Positions 10,901-20,449 of a stretch of 64,000 nt of DNA are shown here, in pieces. Within the stretch, counting starts at the first letter, position 1. Every line of letters begins with the position of its first letter. Below the pieces are notes generated by a model that searched no databases, was not told the DNA's origin, and was given only the letters and a program-made list of their open reading frames with translations. A program made the position numbers and the translations under genes. This DNA comes from Rebecca billardiae RCC1528 (Eukaryota; Protista; Haptophyta), in NCBI GenBank assembly GCA_965240325.2, contig OZ251224.1:2542001-2606000 (forward strand). Reading direction: 5' to 3'.

Positions 10901-11085
10901 CAGACGACGGCTGCCTGCCGCCTTTCGCCGAGCAAAGCGCGGCGGAGATGCAGCGGCTTGAGGCCGAGCTGCTGGTGGCGGCGCCCATCCCGGCCAACCT
11001 CCGGAGCATCTGCCCCGATGTCAACGCCAGCACGTGCACCGAGCGCGCGCGCGCTCACCTGTGCATGCGCGCTCGCACCGACTGA
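7966..11085 (+). CDS. Type II membrane nucleotide-diphospho-sugar transferase-like protein (GT77-like)
   Basis: N-terminal TM (VLALLFVVGVIAVWV), Ala/Thr/Pro stem, then WAKLHTFARLIDLRARPLFLDADV (DxD). Long uninterrupted ORF with GC3-rich codons. Confidence 0.6.
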   Translation: MVSRRTAVLALLFVVGVIAVWVSVQRATTVAPVRMLAPRLPADESAQALRGSNPAAAATATPTPEAAATAAPTSTAARGGDAAPLFVGGDIESPGELERAVHALSDPSGLLAFTIATENAVAWAANLAFGLRASGLRLLVLTDSSELCAALATYALDCAWTSYTPPMPPDTARAYSLEWAKLHTFARLIDLRARPLFLDADVTPTGGSGDALRRWLHAVAPPRGTHALWVSSGLGGGAGQCGTLILGMMHCARCAPGGSARALFAALERRRDELASGEATSRVWAHTDAANITAGPHVRLTDLRSNVLAADVATELCCGSAEPFYARQPPSKPGRVLNASALRLWKQGLSKRAAACSKLVADADGIAHAVLRARAAGHARRGPEHGSGDVGGGGGAAEETLAIVPLALVRAFRQERLIVAEPSRPNSAPRRAEVRAADAVGGGGPHVLLDACRGGLFAEPPPLVHWLGASSLKTQYMRAMGWLDVRADLVAHAARALRNAHGRLEPSAIGLNVTREDDDFRVSGFNSLAGSFLSKHVERSLAVPEPAAWAVPPEPALRAIDAAVQEVKAKRAERAHAAAAAVAGAELAPPTAARQGWLLRAPARSGAAGGGGGGGRPAAAQLIVLGGAPLRSRLSTQPDVPAFSAAYAHAREWLHAAAVLSGRLAVDLAPPCASAWAGALPATGAEAALGGLDSRVVVTGAHGVQNLYALGGADIRAAAARAHPTAAARPLAAAARGGARSSLDAATFEAADQAVWREMGRRTPAFLEPGLVLARAAELPAAWAANGSARTAAALGALHSRTRDSSADVGAGSQCTAGHGGFCHAALSQAEQSLVRAYPPECRLIWHARIGDAQMWAKCHGERAKVNPKQCNALAARRPGSAACTAARDAWPFCTRALHASYAPQLVGPEALRTAPVVRLSSVRARCEANTAPPQALGCGRSGRAGAAARAAERAAVDMAAFKRALATHADAALVVVDADDGCLPPFAEQSAAEMQRLEAELLVAAPIPANLRSICPDVNASTCTERARAHLCMRARTD

Positions 11086-11336
11086 CATGATTGTTCGCAG
11101 CACCCGACGCCGTGTCGCGGCTCGCGGGGACGAGGGGGAGACGCCCGGAAGAGTGTCCAGCTTGTCTGACAACTGAGCAAAGCCAGTCGCAGAGGCTGCA
11201 AGACTGCGAGTGTACCACCGGTGTCGCGTGGATGTGCCGTGCCGGCCGGGGGAGCCATCGTGATTTCGTCGTGCTGAGGCTTGCACGATCGACGATGGCG
11301 CCAAGGGCGGGGAGAGCGTGATAGAGTAGTCACTTG

Positions 11337-12548
11337 ATGGCGCCGCTCCTGCGTGATGTTCGCCTCGGCCTCTTCGCGTTGGTGGCGGTGACGGGCATGT
11401 GGCTCGTTGTGCACATGCTCGGACCTTCCAGGCGGCACACCGCAGCCAGCCTCGATGCCGCTCCTGTCGCCGCGGAATCGGCGCCGGCGCAGACGCGCAG
11501 CGCAGGCGGCGACCGGGGCGTGCTACGCGCAGCGCCAACGGCAACAGCGGCGGCCCCGGCTGTCGCGACGCACGCCCCTCTCGACACATGCCACACGCAG
11601 CCCAATACAGAGTACGAGGGCCCCGTGGTCATCTGGGGCAGCAACAACCTGAAGCAGAGCGCGGCCGAGTGCTGCGCCTCGTGCCGTGAGCACCGCGCTG
11701 CCGCCGAGACACGAGGCGACAAGCCGTGCACGCTGTGGGTGTGGTGCGGCCGCGAGGGGGGTTGCGATAAGCGCCCATTCGGCGAGTGCTGGGGCAAGAG
11801 CGTTGCCGACATCGGCACCAACCCGCCCAGGGTGCGCAACAAGGGCCCCGCGTGCGCGTGGACCTCGGGCGCAGCCCTGACGGACGCGGAGGCCGTTGCT
11901 CTCGCAGAGGCAGAGGCGGCGGTCTTGGCCGAGCGCGAGCTGCGTAGGACGCGGCCGGGCACGCCGCGCGTCTTCTTCGACATCTCCATCGATGGCAAGC
12001 CCACCGGCCGCATCGAGTTCGCGCTGTACGCGCACGAGGCGCCGCGCGCGGCCGAGAACTTCCGAGCCATGTGCACGGGCGAGCGCGGCGGGAAGGCGAC
12101 TTTCAAAAACATGCGCTTCTACCGCATCATCGACCGGTTCATCGACCAGGCGGGCGTGGACAGCGTGCGCTCGATCTGGAACCAGCCCTTCGACGACGAC
12201 CCGGGCGGCCTCAAGCTGCACCACGAGCGCGAGGGCCTCCTCTCCGTCGCCAACTCCGGACCGGACTCGAACACGGGCCACTTCTCGATCGTCGTGGCGC
12301 CCGCGCCGCACCTGGACGGCGGCTACGTGGTCTTCGGGGAGGTGGTGAGCGGGATGGACGTGGTGATGGCGATCAACAAGCTGACGACGCCGGGGACGGA
12401 CAGGGTCACCGGCAACGCGGTCGTCACCGACGCCGGGTGCCTCCAGAACTGCGCGCCGCGGCCCGAGGTGGGTCCCAAGTGCAAAACGCGGAGCGACAAG
12501 CCCGAGAAGCGCCAAGGGCGCACGGTGGGGAAGCCGTGCCTCGATTGA
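11337..12548 (+). CDS. Membrane-anchored cyclophilin-type PPIase with a PAN/Apple-like Cys-rich domain
   Basis: TM LGLFALVAVTGMWLVV; Apple-like NTEYEG...SAAECCASC...CTLWVWC...ECWGK...WTSG; cyclophilin VFFDISIDGKPTGRIEFALY...AAENFRAMCTGE...FYRIIDRFIDQAG...HLDGGYVVFGEVVSGMDVV. Confidence 0.9.
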   Translation: MAPLLRDVRLGLFALVAVTGMWLVVHMLGPSRRHTAASLDAAPVAAESAPAQTRSAGGDRGVLRAAPTATAAAPAVATHAPLDTCHTQPNTEYEGPVVIWGSNNLKQSAAECCASCREHRAAAETRGDKPCTLWVWCGREGGCDKRPFGECWGKSVADIGTNPPRVRNKGPACAWTSGAALTDAEAVALAEAEAAVLAERELRRTRPGTPRVFFDISIDGKPTGRIEFALYAHEAPRAAENFRAMCTGERGGKATFKNMRFYRIIDRFIDQAGVDSVRSIWNQPFDDDPGGLKLHHEREGLLSVANSGPDSNTGHFSIVVAPAPHLDGGYVVFGEVVSGMDVVMAINKLTTPGTDRVTGNAVVTDAGCLQNCAPRPEVGPKCKTRSDKPEKRQGRTVGKPCLD

Positions 12549-12926
12549 GCACCTGGCACCGCAGACCGGTCGTTGTGCTGCTGTGCGCACGCCGCACGCG
12601 CAGCACGCGACTGTGCCGCGCTCCGTCGGCGGGAGCTAATGACTCACTACTCGAGCAGATGATACCCGGCGGCCTCTCAGGCTAAATGCGGAATGCCACC
12701 GCTGCGTTGATCCGATAGGCCCAGGCGCCGCAGCCGCGCAGGCGCAAGGCGCAACGCCTCCGCTCCTCTTGATCAGGCAACGCCGCACAGCGCCCTAAGT
12801 AGGCTTATTCGGACGTAGATTCGCTTGGGTCCGGTACACTGTATTGCTTTCGGGGTCCGGCTCCTCCGCAGGTACGCAGGGCAGGGGGCTGTCCAACCGC
12901 CAACGGTCTCACATCACCTCGACGAG

Positions 12927-14408
12927 ATGGACGAAAGCAGCGCCGCGGTGAAGCTGCTTCGGCGCAGATCGGCACGGGGTGATGCGCGTGCCACGTACCT
13001 TCTGGCTGATCGCCTCGCACGTGGAGATGGCGTCGCTCAGAACGACCGCGAGGCAGCTCGCATGTACCACATCGCCGCCGAGCGTGGGCTGGCGGATGCT
13101 CAGCTCGCGCTTGGCGATGTTCATTGTCGTGGCAAGCTTGGACTGAGCCAAGACGCCATCCAGGCAGTGCACTGGTATCGGCTGGCGGCCGAGCAGGGCC
13201 AAGCAGATGCGCAGTACCATCTGGGCGCGTGCTGCGCGAAGGGCGAGGGCGTACCGCAGGATATGGCCGAGGCGGCGCGCTGGTACCGGCTGGCGGCCGA
13301 GCAGGGCGACGCAGATGCGCAGTACGTTCTGGGCATGTGCAACACTGAGGGCAAGGGCGTGCCGCAGGATATGGCAGAGGCGGTGCGCTGGTACACGCTA
13401 GCGGCCAAGCAGGGCCACGCGCATGCGCAGTTCAACCTGGGCTGGTGCTGCTCGAAGGGCGAGGGCGTGCAGCAGGATTTGGCTGAGGCGGCGCGCTGGT
13501 ACAGGCTGGCGGCCGTGCAGGGCCACGCGGAAGCGCAGTGCAACCTGGGCTTGTGCTGCCAGGAAGGTGAGGGTGTGCCACGGGCCGTGGCAGAGGCGAC
13601 GCGCTGGTACCTGCTGGCGGCTGAGCAGGGCAACATGAATGCGCAGCACAATCTGGGTGTTTGCTGCAACAAGGGCATCGGCGTACCGCAGGATATGGTG
13701 GAGGCCGCGCGCTGGTACCGGCTGGCGGCCGAGCAGGGCCACGCAGGTGCGCAGAACCATCTGGGCACGTGCTGCGCAAACGGCGAGGGCGTGCCGCAGG
13801 ATGACGCAGAGGCTGTGCGCTGGTACCGGCTGGCGGCCGAGCAGGGCCACGCAGTCGCGCAGCACAACCTAGGCTTGTGCTTCGAGACGGGCATGGGCGT
13901 GCCGCAGGATACGGCCGAGGCGGCGCGCTGGTTTCGGCTGGCGGCCGAGCAGGCCGAGCAGGGCGACGCAGTTGCGCAGTGCAGCCTGGGCTGGTGCTGC
14001 CAGATGGGTAAGGGCGTGCCACAGGATATGGCCGAGGCGGTGCGATGGTACCGGCTGGCCGCTGATGGTGATCATCCACGCGCTCATACCGAGCTTGGAG
14101 TGCTTATGCTGGCAGGCACTGACGTGGAGCGCGACGTGGTGGAGGGCGCGCGGCTGCTGCGCCGTGGGCACGAGCTCGACAGCACTCTCGACCCCTTCGA
14201 ACTGCTCGTCACCGAGTTTGCGGGGGATCGCGACGTGGCGTCCATGTGCTGCCTCGTGTGTGCCAAGACGGACCGTCGCACCTTGAAGAAGTGCGACCGA
14301 TGCCACGTGGCGGTGTTCTGCTCGCAAGACCACCTGCGGCTGGCGTGGAACGTGCACAAGCCGCACTGCAACGAATGGCGCCAGCAGCCACAGGCACCCG
14401 CAGCCTAG
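12927..14408 (+). CDS. Sel1-like repeat protein (11 repeats) with MYND-type zinc finger, paralogue 2
   Basis: Start MDESSAAVKLL matches the other paralogues. Tandem 108-bp repeats. C-terminus CLVC...CDRC...FCSQDH...WNVHKPHC. Confidence 0.9.
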   Translation: MDESSAAVKLLRRRSARGDARATYLLADRLARGDGVAQNDREAARMYHIAAERGLADAQLALGDVHCRGKLGLSQDAIQAVHWYRLAAEQGQADAQYHLGACCAKGEGVPQDMAEAARWYRLAAEQGDADAQYVLGMCNTEGKGVPQDMAEAVRWYTLAAKQGHAHAQFNLGWCCSKGEGVQQDLAEAARWYRLAAVQGHAEAQCNLGLCCQEGEGVPRAVAEATRWYLLAAEQGNMNAQHNLGVCCNKGIGVPQDMVEAARWYRLAAEQGHAGAQNHLGTCCANGEGVPQDDAEAVRWYRLAAEQGHAVAQHNLGLCFETGMGVPQDTAEAARWFRLAAEQAEQGDAVAQCSLGWCCQMGKGVPQDMAEAVRWYRLAADGDHPRAHTELGVLMLAGTDVERDVVEGARLLRRGHELDSTLDPFELLVTEFAGDRDVASMCCLVCAKTDRRTLKKCDRCHVAVFCSQDHLRLAWNVHKPHCNEWRQQPQAPAA

Positions 14409-14542
14409 AGTAGTACAGGCAATCGCGGGCAATATGCCTAAGGACTTAAACGGGAGCTGACCGAGCTGTCACGTTACTAACTACGGTCTAAACTGGGGCT
14501 TGCTATCGGCTGCGGATCTGGCCCTACGGGAACTGATGATGA

Positions 14543-14544
<2 letters not shown>

Positions 14545-14636
<92 letters not shown>
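14545..14636. repeat. (CT)n microsatellite
   Basis: About 46 perfect CT units. Confidence 0.95.
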
Positions 14637-14637
<1 letters not shown>

Positions 14638-15222
14638 GCTAATTATTACTAATTGACGATGATGGCCGCGTAGTCGTGGTTATCGCGACTGCCCTATACG
14701 CATAGCACAGGCTGACATCGTCTAGTCACGACACTATTTAGTCCTGATAGGACCGGGCGGAAGCCTACGTAGTACTAGTAGTTATAGTACTACGTCGTCT
14801 CAGCGGCTGATCGATGAATGACAAGCAGCAGTGGTCCGCCGAGGGCGCAGTGCGGAGAGTGCCCGTGGGACGCGCAGCCGGGGCGCGGCCGGACTGCTAC
14901 TACGAGTAGTATAGTACAGGCCAAGTCCCGTATTCATGGCCCGGGGTCAGCTCAAGCTGCTGGCTGCCGACGCTGCCGTGGCTACTGGCTGCCGGGCCCC
15001 GCCCGGAAGGCCAAGGCCCGCGCGCAAGACCCGCACTGTTACTCGGCCGTCGGACGACCGACCACCCCTCATCGACATCAGCCAGCCCCCTCGGGCAAAT
15101 GGGCAATCGCGCCCTGACGATGCTTCCCGCGGCATCACAATTGGGCAGCAGCCGACGGGTCACGACTTGGCACGACAGCTTGGACGAGCTTGCAGTAGCC
15201 TCAGTCTGACGCAGAGTGCCGC

Positions 15223-16506
15223 TCAGCGGTACCGCGGACCTGCGGTGGCGGCAGCCTTGCTGGCAGAGCCTTGGGTGCGGTCGAGCGTGAACGAGTAGAG
15301 AAAGGCGCCGCTGATGGCGAGGGTCGCGCCGAGCGCGCCCGCCGGCGTCACGGGCGTGTGGAACGCGAGGACGGAGCCCACGATCACGATCACGCGCTTG
15401 AGTGTGTTGGCGACCGCGTACGTGAGCGGCGAGCAGAGCTCGAGCACGCAGAAGGCGAGCTCGTTGGAGAGGTAGTTGACGAAGCCGGTGAGGGCGAGCA
15501 GCGCGACGAGGCCGAAGCCGCCCGTGGCGGCGGCGGTGGCCGCCGCCCCGTCGCTCTCGCGGTTCTCGCGCCACCACGCCAGGATGGGCGCCCCCTCGAT
15601 CGCGAGCGCCGTCGGCACGAGCAGCGCGAACGAGAGGATGCACAGCGAGGCGAACAGGTTGCGCGCGCCGAGCTGCTGGAAGGGCGGGCGCGCCATCAGC
15701 TGCTTCGCGGCGATGGAGTAGAGCGCGAACGCGTTCATCGACACGCCGCACGCGCCGAGCGTGAACCAGCTGAACTCGAGCTCGTGCACGGTCGCCAGAG
15801 CCACGCCGCCGACCACCGGGACGAGAGTGGCGTACACGGCGGGCGCAAACGTCTGCCTCGCAAAGACGGCGAGGCAGAGGCTCGCAAAGAGGGTCTCGGT
15901 CGTCTTCACGACGTTGGTGAACGCGACCGAGCCGTACGCCGGCGCGGCTGTCGCCGCCGTGTGCCCGATCGCGAGCAGCGCCGCCGCGGGCAGCATCTGG
16001 CGCAAGGCGCCTGCGGGCAGGGTCGGCCGCACTCGCAGCGGGCGAGTTCGCCACCGCTTTGCCGCCGCGTCGTACGTCGGCCACGGGCTCCACAGGGCGA
16101 GCACGTACAAGATGCCCGCGCCGAGCTGGATGGCGCCGAAGGTGAAGGGGAACGGCCACAAGCGCAGCGCCGCCTTGTTCGCCACCGAGTAAACGAGGTT
16201 GCACGCGTACCACGCCGCGAGCAGCATGACAATGCGAGCCAAGCGCGCAACGCGCGCAGGCGACGGCGATGCCGAGCACTCCTCCGCGGCGGCGGTGGCT
16301 TTGGCCGCGCTGCCAGGCATGCTGCCAGGTAGACGCGTGTGCGCGTTCGCGAGATCCTTCGGCGCGTCCGCGCTGGCGGCATCGACCGTTCGTGGCGTGC
16401 GCCGCATCATCTTGTTGTTGCCGTCAGCACCGCGGCCCCCACCGAGCAGGGGTGAGCCCACGGATGGGCGGTCCATCACGGTGGTCGTGAGCGCGACAGA
16501 TCGCAT
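15223..16506 (-). CDS. Triose-phosphate translocator / DMT-superfamily sugar-phosphate or nucleotide-sugar transporter
   Basis: WYACNLVYSVANK, GSVAFTNVVKTTE, CSPLTYAVANTLKRVIVI, GAFLYS; about 9-10 hydrophobic helices. Exact start uncertain. Confidence 0.9.
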   Translation of the reverse strand: MRSVALTTTVMDRPSVGSPLLGGGRGADGNNKMMRRTPRTVDAASADAPKDLANAHTRLPGSMPGSAAKATAAAEECSASPSPARVARLARIVMLLAAWYACNLVYSVANKAALRLWPFPFTFGAIQLGAGILYVLALWSPWPTYDAAAKRWRTRPLRVRPTLPAGALRQMLPAAALLAIGHTAATAAPAYGSVAFTNVVKTTETLFASLCLAVFARQTFAPAVYATLVPVVGGVALATVHELEFSWFTLGACGVSMNAFALYSIAAKQLMARPPFQQLGARNLFASLCILSFALLVPTALAIEGAPILAWWRENRESDGAAATAAATGGFGLVALLALTGFVNYLSNELAFCVLELCSPLTYAVANTLKRVIVIVGSVLAFHTPVTPAGALGATLAISGAFLYSFTLDRTQGSASKAAATAGPRYR

Positions 16507-16815
16507 CGTCAGGACGAACAGCGCACCAAGCGGTGCCGACCACCAGCTACGGCGCCCCGTGATGGCGCCTTGGACGACGACGGCCGACGGGGAGCACCGC
16601 TCGTCTCGTCAAGGCCGCCTGGTCGTTCCGCAGAGTGGAATCTTTCGCCTCTCTTGCCGCGGCCGGAGCGGCGAAATGGAGAGAATCTTGGCAAGGATTC
16701 GACGCGGCTAATTTTTTCGTGTACTCGGCCGACGAATCGCGGTGTATGTATCTGGCCGCAATCACGCCGGTTGAGATGAACACTTGAATGAACAGTGGAC
16801 GGCGGCCCAGGGGCG

Positions 16816-17388
16816 ATGGCGGCGCACAGCGAGGGGTCTGACGAGGCCCCACGCGACCCGTTGTATGCGCAGCTCTGGGCCGAGGTCGACGCGGCGGCAA
16901 AGCTCGTGGCGCAGCAGGCGGCGCGCGGGGGAGCAGAATCGGAGGCGCCCTTCCTACCAACACTCTCAGCGCCTCAGATGCCCCTTCCCGCTCCGCCTCA
17001 ACTCTCGGTGCGTGCGGCGGCCGCAGCATCGGGAGCCGAGGCGATTGGCGCTGGCGAGGCTTATTATCAACCTAGATCAAGCGTTGGCATCATGCTGCAG
17101 CAAGCTATCGCTGCGACTTCATCCAATGCTCATCACGCGCCGTCGATTGTGCCTGAGCGCGCGTGGGACGATCCCACACACACGGCGACAGCCAGTGCTG
17201 GATTCCGTGGTCACAGCGCGCAATCTGCGCCGTCAGGCATCCGTGTCCCAGAACGCCAGTGGGCTCAGACCGGCGCACTTCTGGAGGGTCAACCCGCCTT
17301 CTATGATGTGTTCGAGCGCACCGTGGACGCAGCGGTGCGCCACGCGCGAGGCACAACCGCCTCTGGTCCTGGAGGCAGCAGTCGCTGA
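16816..17388 (+). CDS. Hypothetical protein
   Basis: ORF with plausible composition (MAAHSEGSDEAPRDPLYAQLWAEVD...), divergent from the TPT gene. No recognisable motif. Confidence 0.35.
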   Translation: MAAHSEGSDEAPRDPLYAQLWAEVDAAAKLVAQQAARGGAESEAPFLPTLSAPQMPLPAPPQLSVRAAAAASGAEAIGAGEAYYQPRSSVGIMLQQAIAATSSNAHHAPSIVPERAWDDPTHTATASAGFRGHSAQSAPSGIRVPERQWAQTGALLEGQPAFYDVFERTVDAAVRHARGTTASGPGGSSR

Positions 17389-17919
17389 CGGCTCGTTGGG
17401 CCACCATCCGGCAGCTCGTGGCCCGGCCGACCATGGCCACTCACTGTCGCTCCGTGGCCTGCATGCCAGCCACGCTTTTGACGCTGCCCCGGTGCCACGG
17501 GGCCGACCGGTTGCCGGCCGCACGCGGCGCCCAGGCTCACTCACTACTCAGTCCGGCCCGGTCCGGCTCACAGCCCGGCGGGCGCCGCCGGTGGCCCGGA
17601 CGTCGTCTGCGTCACGGGCTCAAGCGTGCGATCGCCCCGGTTATCCGTGTCACTGTCAGCTACTACGCATTGCTCTGGACAAGCGTAAGCGACTAAGTCT
17701 AAGCGCTGCTTTACGTTACTGCCACAAGTACAATGGTACGTGTACAGTAACACCGCTAACCATCGGAGCTCGCAGTGCTCGCACTGCATCGGAGCAACCG
17801 CCCTTGATCGGAGCATGTCCGGTAGAGCCACTGAGGACTAGTGAGGAGTCCGACGACGACGAAACCGAGCGCAGCCATCTCGGTCAGTTGGCGCGATCGA
17901 GCGGGCACGCGGCAGCACG

Positions 17920-19869
17920 ATGTTGTCGGCCGCTGGCGCCGTCCACCTGAAGCGGCGCCCAGCGGCGCGCGTGCTGCTGCTGTGGCTCGCCGAGTTGAGC
18001 CGGCCTGTGCGTGGCCTGGCGTCTGGCGCGCCGTCCCCGCCGCCGCGCGTCGCGACGTCCGCGGTCTCGGCGCTGCCGATGCCGATGCAAGCGCTCGCGG
18101 CAGAGCTTCGCGATGCGCCCGACTCAAAGGCTCGCTCTGTCAAGCTCGTGCAGCTCGGCGCGGGCTCGGCGCGCTGTGGCACATCGCCACCACCCGATTC
18201 GGTGCGTGTGCGCGGCTGCACTGCCGTCGTGCACGTGCGCGCAGCCGTGCGCGACGACAGCACGCTCGAGCTGGGCGGCTCGGCTGACGCGGCGCTGTCG
18301 CGCGGCCTGCTCTCGCTTGTCGTCGACGGGCTGGCGGGCGTGAGCGCATCGGAGGCGCTCAAGCTGCGCGCGCGAGATATTTGCGCCGCTGCCCAGCTCG
18401 AGGGCGCGCTTGCGCCGTCGCGCATCAACGGGCTCGGCTCGATCCTCGACGCGGTGAGCACGCAGGTGTCGACTGCGCTCGCGGCACGCGACGCCGGCGG
18501 CCAGCCAGCGACCGTCGGCGCATCGCCGCCCGAGCCGGCCGTGTCGCTCGCCGCATCGACGGCCGGTCTCCCGCACGCGCCGGTTTCCGCGACCGCGCCG
18601 GCTGCGTCAGGCGCGCCGGCCGCCGAGGCCGCCGCGCCCACCGGAAGACGCGACGCGGTCGAGGCGGCGGCGCGCGGGCAGCACTGGACGGCCGCGCACC
18701 GCGGCGAGAGCGTGGCCCTCCTGTGCTCGGGGGGCGTGGACTCGTCCGTGGCGCTGCACCTGCTGCAGGCCGCCGGGTACGACGTGCACGCCTACTACCT
18801 CCGCGTCTGGCTCGCCGACGAGCTCGCCTCCCTCTCCGACTGCCCATGGGAGGAGGACTGGGCGTTCGCCTCGGCGGTGTGTTCCAAGCTGGACGTGCCG
18901 TTGCAGGCGGTGTCCGTGCAGGAGGAGTACTGGGAGCGCGTGGTGGAGTACCTCGTCGACGAGGCGCGGTCCGGGCGCACGCCGAACCCCGACGTGATGT
19001 GCAACTCGCGCATCAAGTTCGGCGTCTTCCTCGACTCGATCGGCAACTCATACGCGCGCGTCGCCAGCGGGCACTACGCCCGGCTGCTCCGAGCGGACGA
19101 AGTGGTGGGGGGTGCGATTGGCGGGGTGGACGGCGGCGTGGGGCTGAGCGGCGTGGCGGGGCTGCCCGGGTCGGGCGAGGTGCGGCTCAGCCGCGCGGCC
19201 GACCGGCACAAGGACCAGTCCTACTTCCTCTCCTCCCTCTCGCAGGCGCAGCTGTCGAGGCTCGACTTCCCGCTGGGGGGGCTCACCAAGCCCGAGGTGC
19301 GAGGCCTCGCGTCCGAGCTCGGGCTGGCCACGTCCGGCCGGAAGGACTCGCAGGGCGTGTGCTTCCTCGGGCGGCTCCACTTCGACGAGTTCCTCAAGCA
19401 CCACCTCGGCGAGCGCCCGGGCCCGCTCGTCGAGTGGGAGTCCGGCGCGCCGATCGGCCAGCACCGCGGCATCTGGTTCCACACAGTCGGGCAGCGGCGC
19501 GGCATCGTGCCCGGGCTGCGCAACGAGCACGCGGCCCGAGGGCCGTGGTACGTCGTCGGCAAGGACGTGGAGGGCGACGTGGTGTACGTCAGCCGCGAGT
19601 ACGCCCGCGTGACGGAGGAGCGCTCGGCGATGGAGGTGCACGGTCTCTCGTGGACCACCGGTGCACCCCCGCTGCCCGCAGGCGCAGAGGTGCGCCTGGG
19701 CGTGCAGGTGCGACACGGTGGCGGGGCGCAGCCGGCGACGGTGGAGCTCGGTGCCGATGGCCGACACGCGCGCGTGCGCTTCGACGAGCCGGACAAGGGT
19801 CTCGCGCCCGGCCAATTCGCCGCCTTCTACGACGGTGACGTTTGCCTTGGCGCTGGTGCTATCGGCTGA
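17920..19869 (+). CDS. mnmA: SufE-domain / tRNA 2-thiouridylase (MnmA) fusion with organellar targeting peptide
   Basis: SufE: RVRGCTAVVHV...ADAALSRGLLSL...LAPSRINGL. MnmA: SGGVDSSVA, TPNPDVMCN, SGHYAR, KDQSYFL, KDSQGVCF, HTVGQRRG, APGQFAAFY. Confidence 0.92.
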   Translation: MLSAAGAVHLKRRPAARVLLLWLAELSRPVRGLASGAPSPPPRVATSAVSALPMPMQALAAELRDAPDSKARSVKLVQLGAGSARCGTSPPPDSVRVRGCTAVVHVRAAVRDDSTLELGGSADAALSRGLLSLVVDGLAGVSASEALKLRARDICAAAQLEGALAPSRINGLGSILDAVSTQVSTALAARDAGGQPATVGASPPEPAVSLAASTAGLPHAPVSATAPAASGAPAAEAAAPTGRRDAVEAAARGQHWTAAHRGESVALLCSGGVDSSVALHLLQAAGYDVHAYYLRVWLADELASLSDCPWEEDWAFASAVCSKLDVPLQAVSVQEEYWERVVEYLVDEARSGRTPNPDVMCNSRIKFGVFLDSIGNSYARVASGHYARLLRADEVVGGAIGGVDGGVGLSGVAGLPGSGEVRLSRAADRHKDQSYFLSSLSQAQLSRLDFPLGGLTKPEVRGLASELGLATSGRKDSQGVCFLGRLHFDEFLKHHLGERPGPLVEWESGAPIGQHRGIWFHTVGQRRGIVPGLRNEHAARGPWYVVGKDVEGDVVYVSREYARVTEERSAMEVHGLSWTTGAPPLPAGAEVRLGVQVRHGGGAQPATVELGADGRHARVRFDEPDKGLAPGQFAAFYDGDVCLGAGAIG

Positions 19870-20449
19870 CGCCACCCTGACTCCTGAGTCGTCCCGAGGC
19901 CGTGAGGGCTTGAATGGTCGGCAACTGCACCGACGGTGCCGGTGGACTTGTAGTAACGCTCCATCGTGGCGGCGGCTGATCAGCATGGCCGCCTGGCACT
20001 CCCCACGGCCCGGTGCGCGTGCCGCTTGGGCGGCGGGTCAGGGCGCAGGATGGCGGCTGTGGCGGTGGCGGCAGGTTGGGAGTGGTGATCGCTCGTGCGC
20101 GCAACGCGGACGCGCCTTCGCCGCCATTCCTCCGCGCCATTCTCGCCAGCTTGGCCGGCGCGGGTGCCGGCCAGGTGCTCGGCAGTGCCGCTCGGCGGCC
20201 TCCGCGGCCGCGCGCGAGCGAGTGACGGGTGTCGAGGTCCGCCCGGGCGGGGCGAGAGGGTTCATTGGCCCACTCTGCGCCCACCCACGCGGTATGAGCC
20301 GATACGCTGCAACGGTTGGCGCCCGAGGGCCCGCCAAGGGGTCGCGTGCACTCTGGCAAGTGGATGGAACGCGGGGGTGTTTCCCCAAGCGGGCTCGCGT
20401 CGACGGTCGAGCCCGCCGGCGGCCGTTCAGGGCTTTCAGCTTCGGGCTG

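Noticed and set aside
13190-14060. CRISPR-like or non-coding repeat array (also 20513-21394 and 54800-56010)
   Set aside because: Units are 108 or 126 bp, in frame and protein-coding, with no repeat-spacer structure.
1-16506. Glycosylation gene cluster (GT8, GT77-like, transporter)
   Set aside because: Interspersed with unrelated genes; nothing beyond chance proximity supports it.
19661-20449. N-terminal 263 aa of the 1692-aa ORF
   Set aside because: Overlaps the MnmA 3' end in another frame and is Arg/Ala-rich noise. It is probably a chance open frame upstream of the real ATG.
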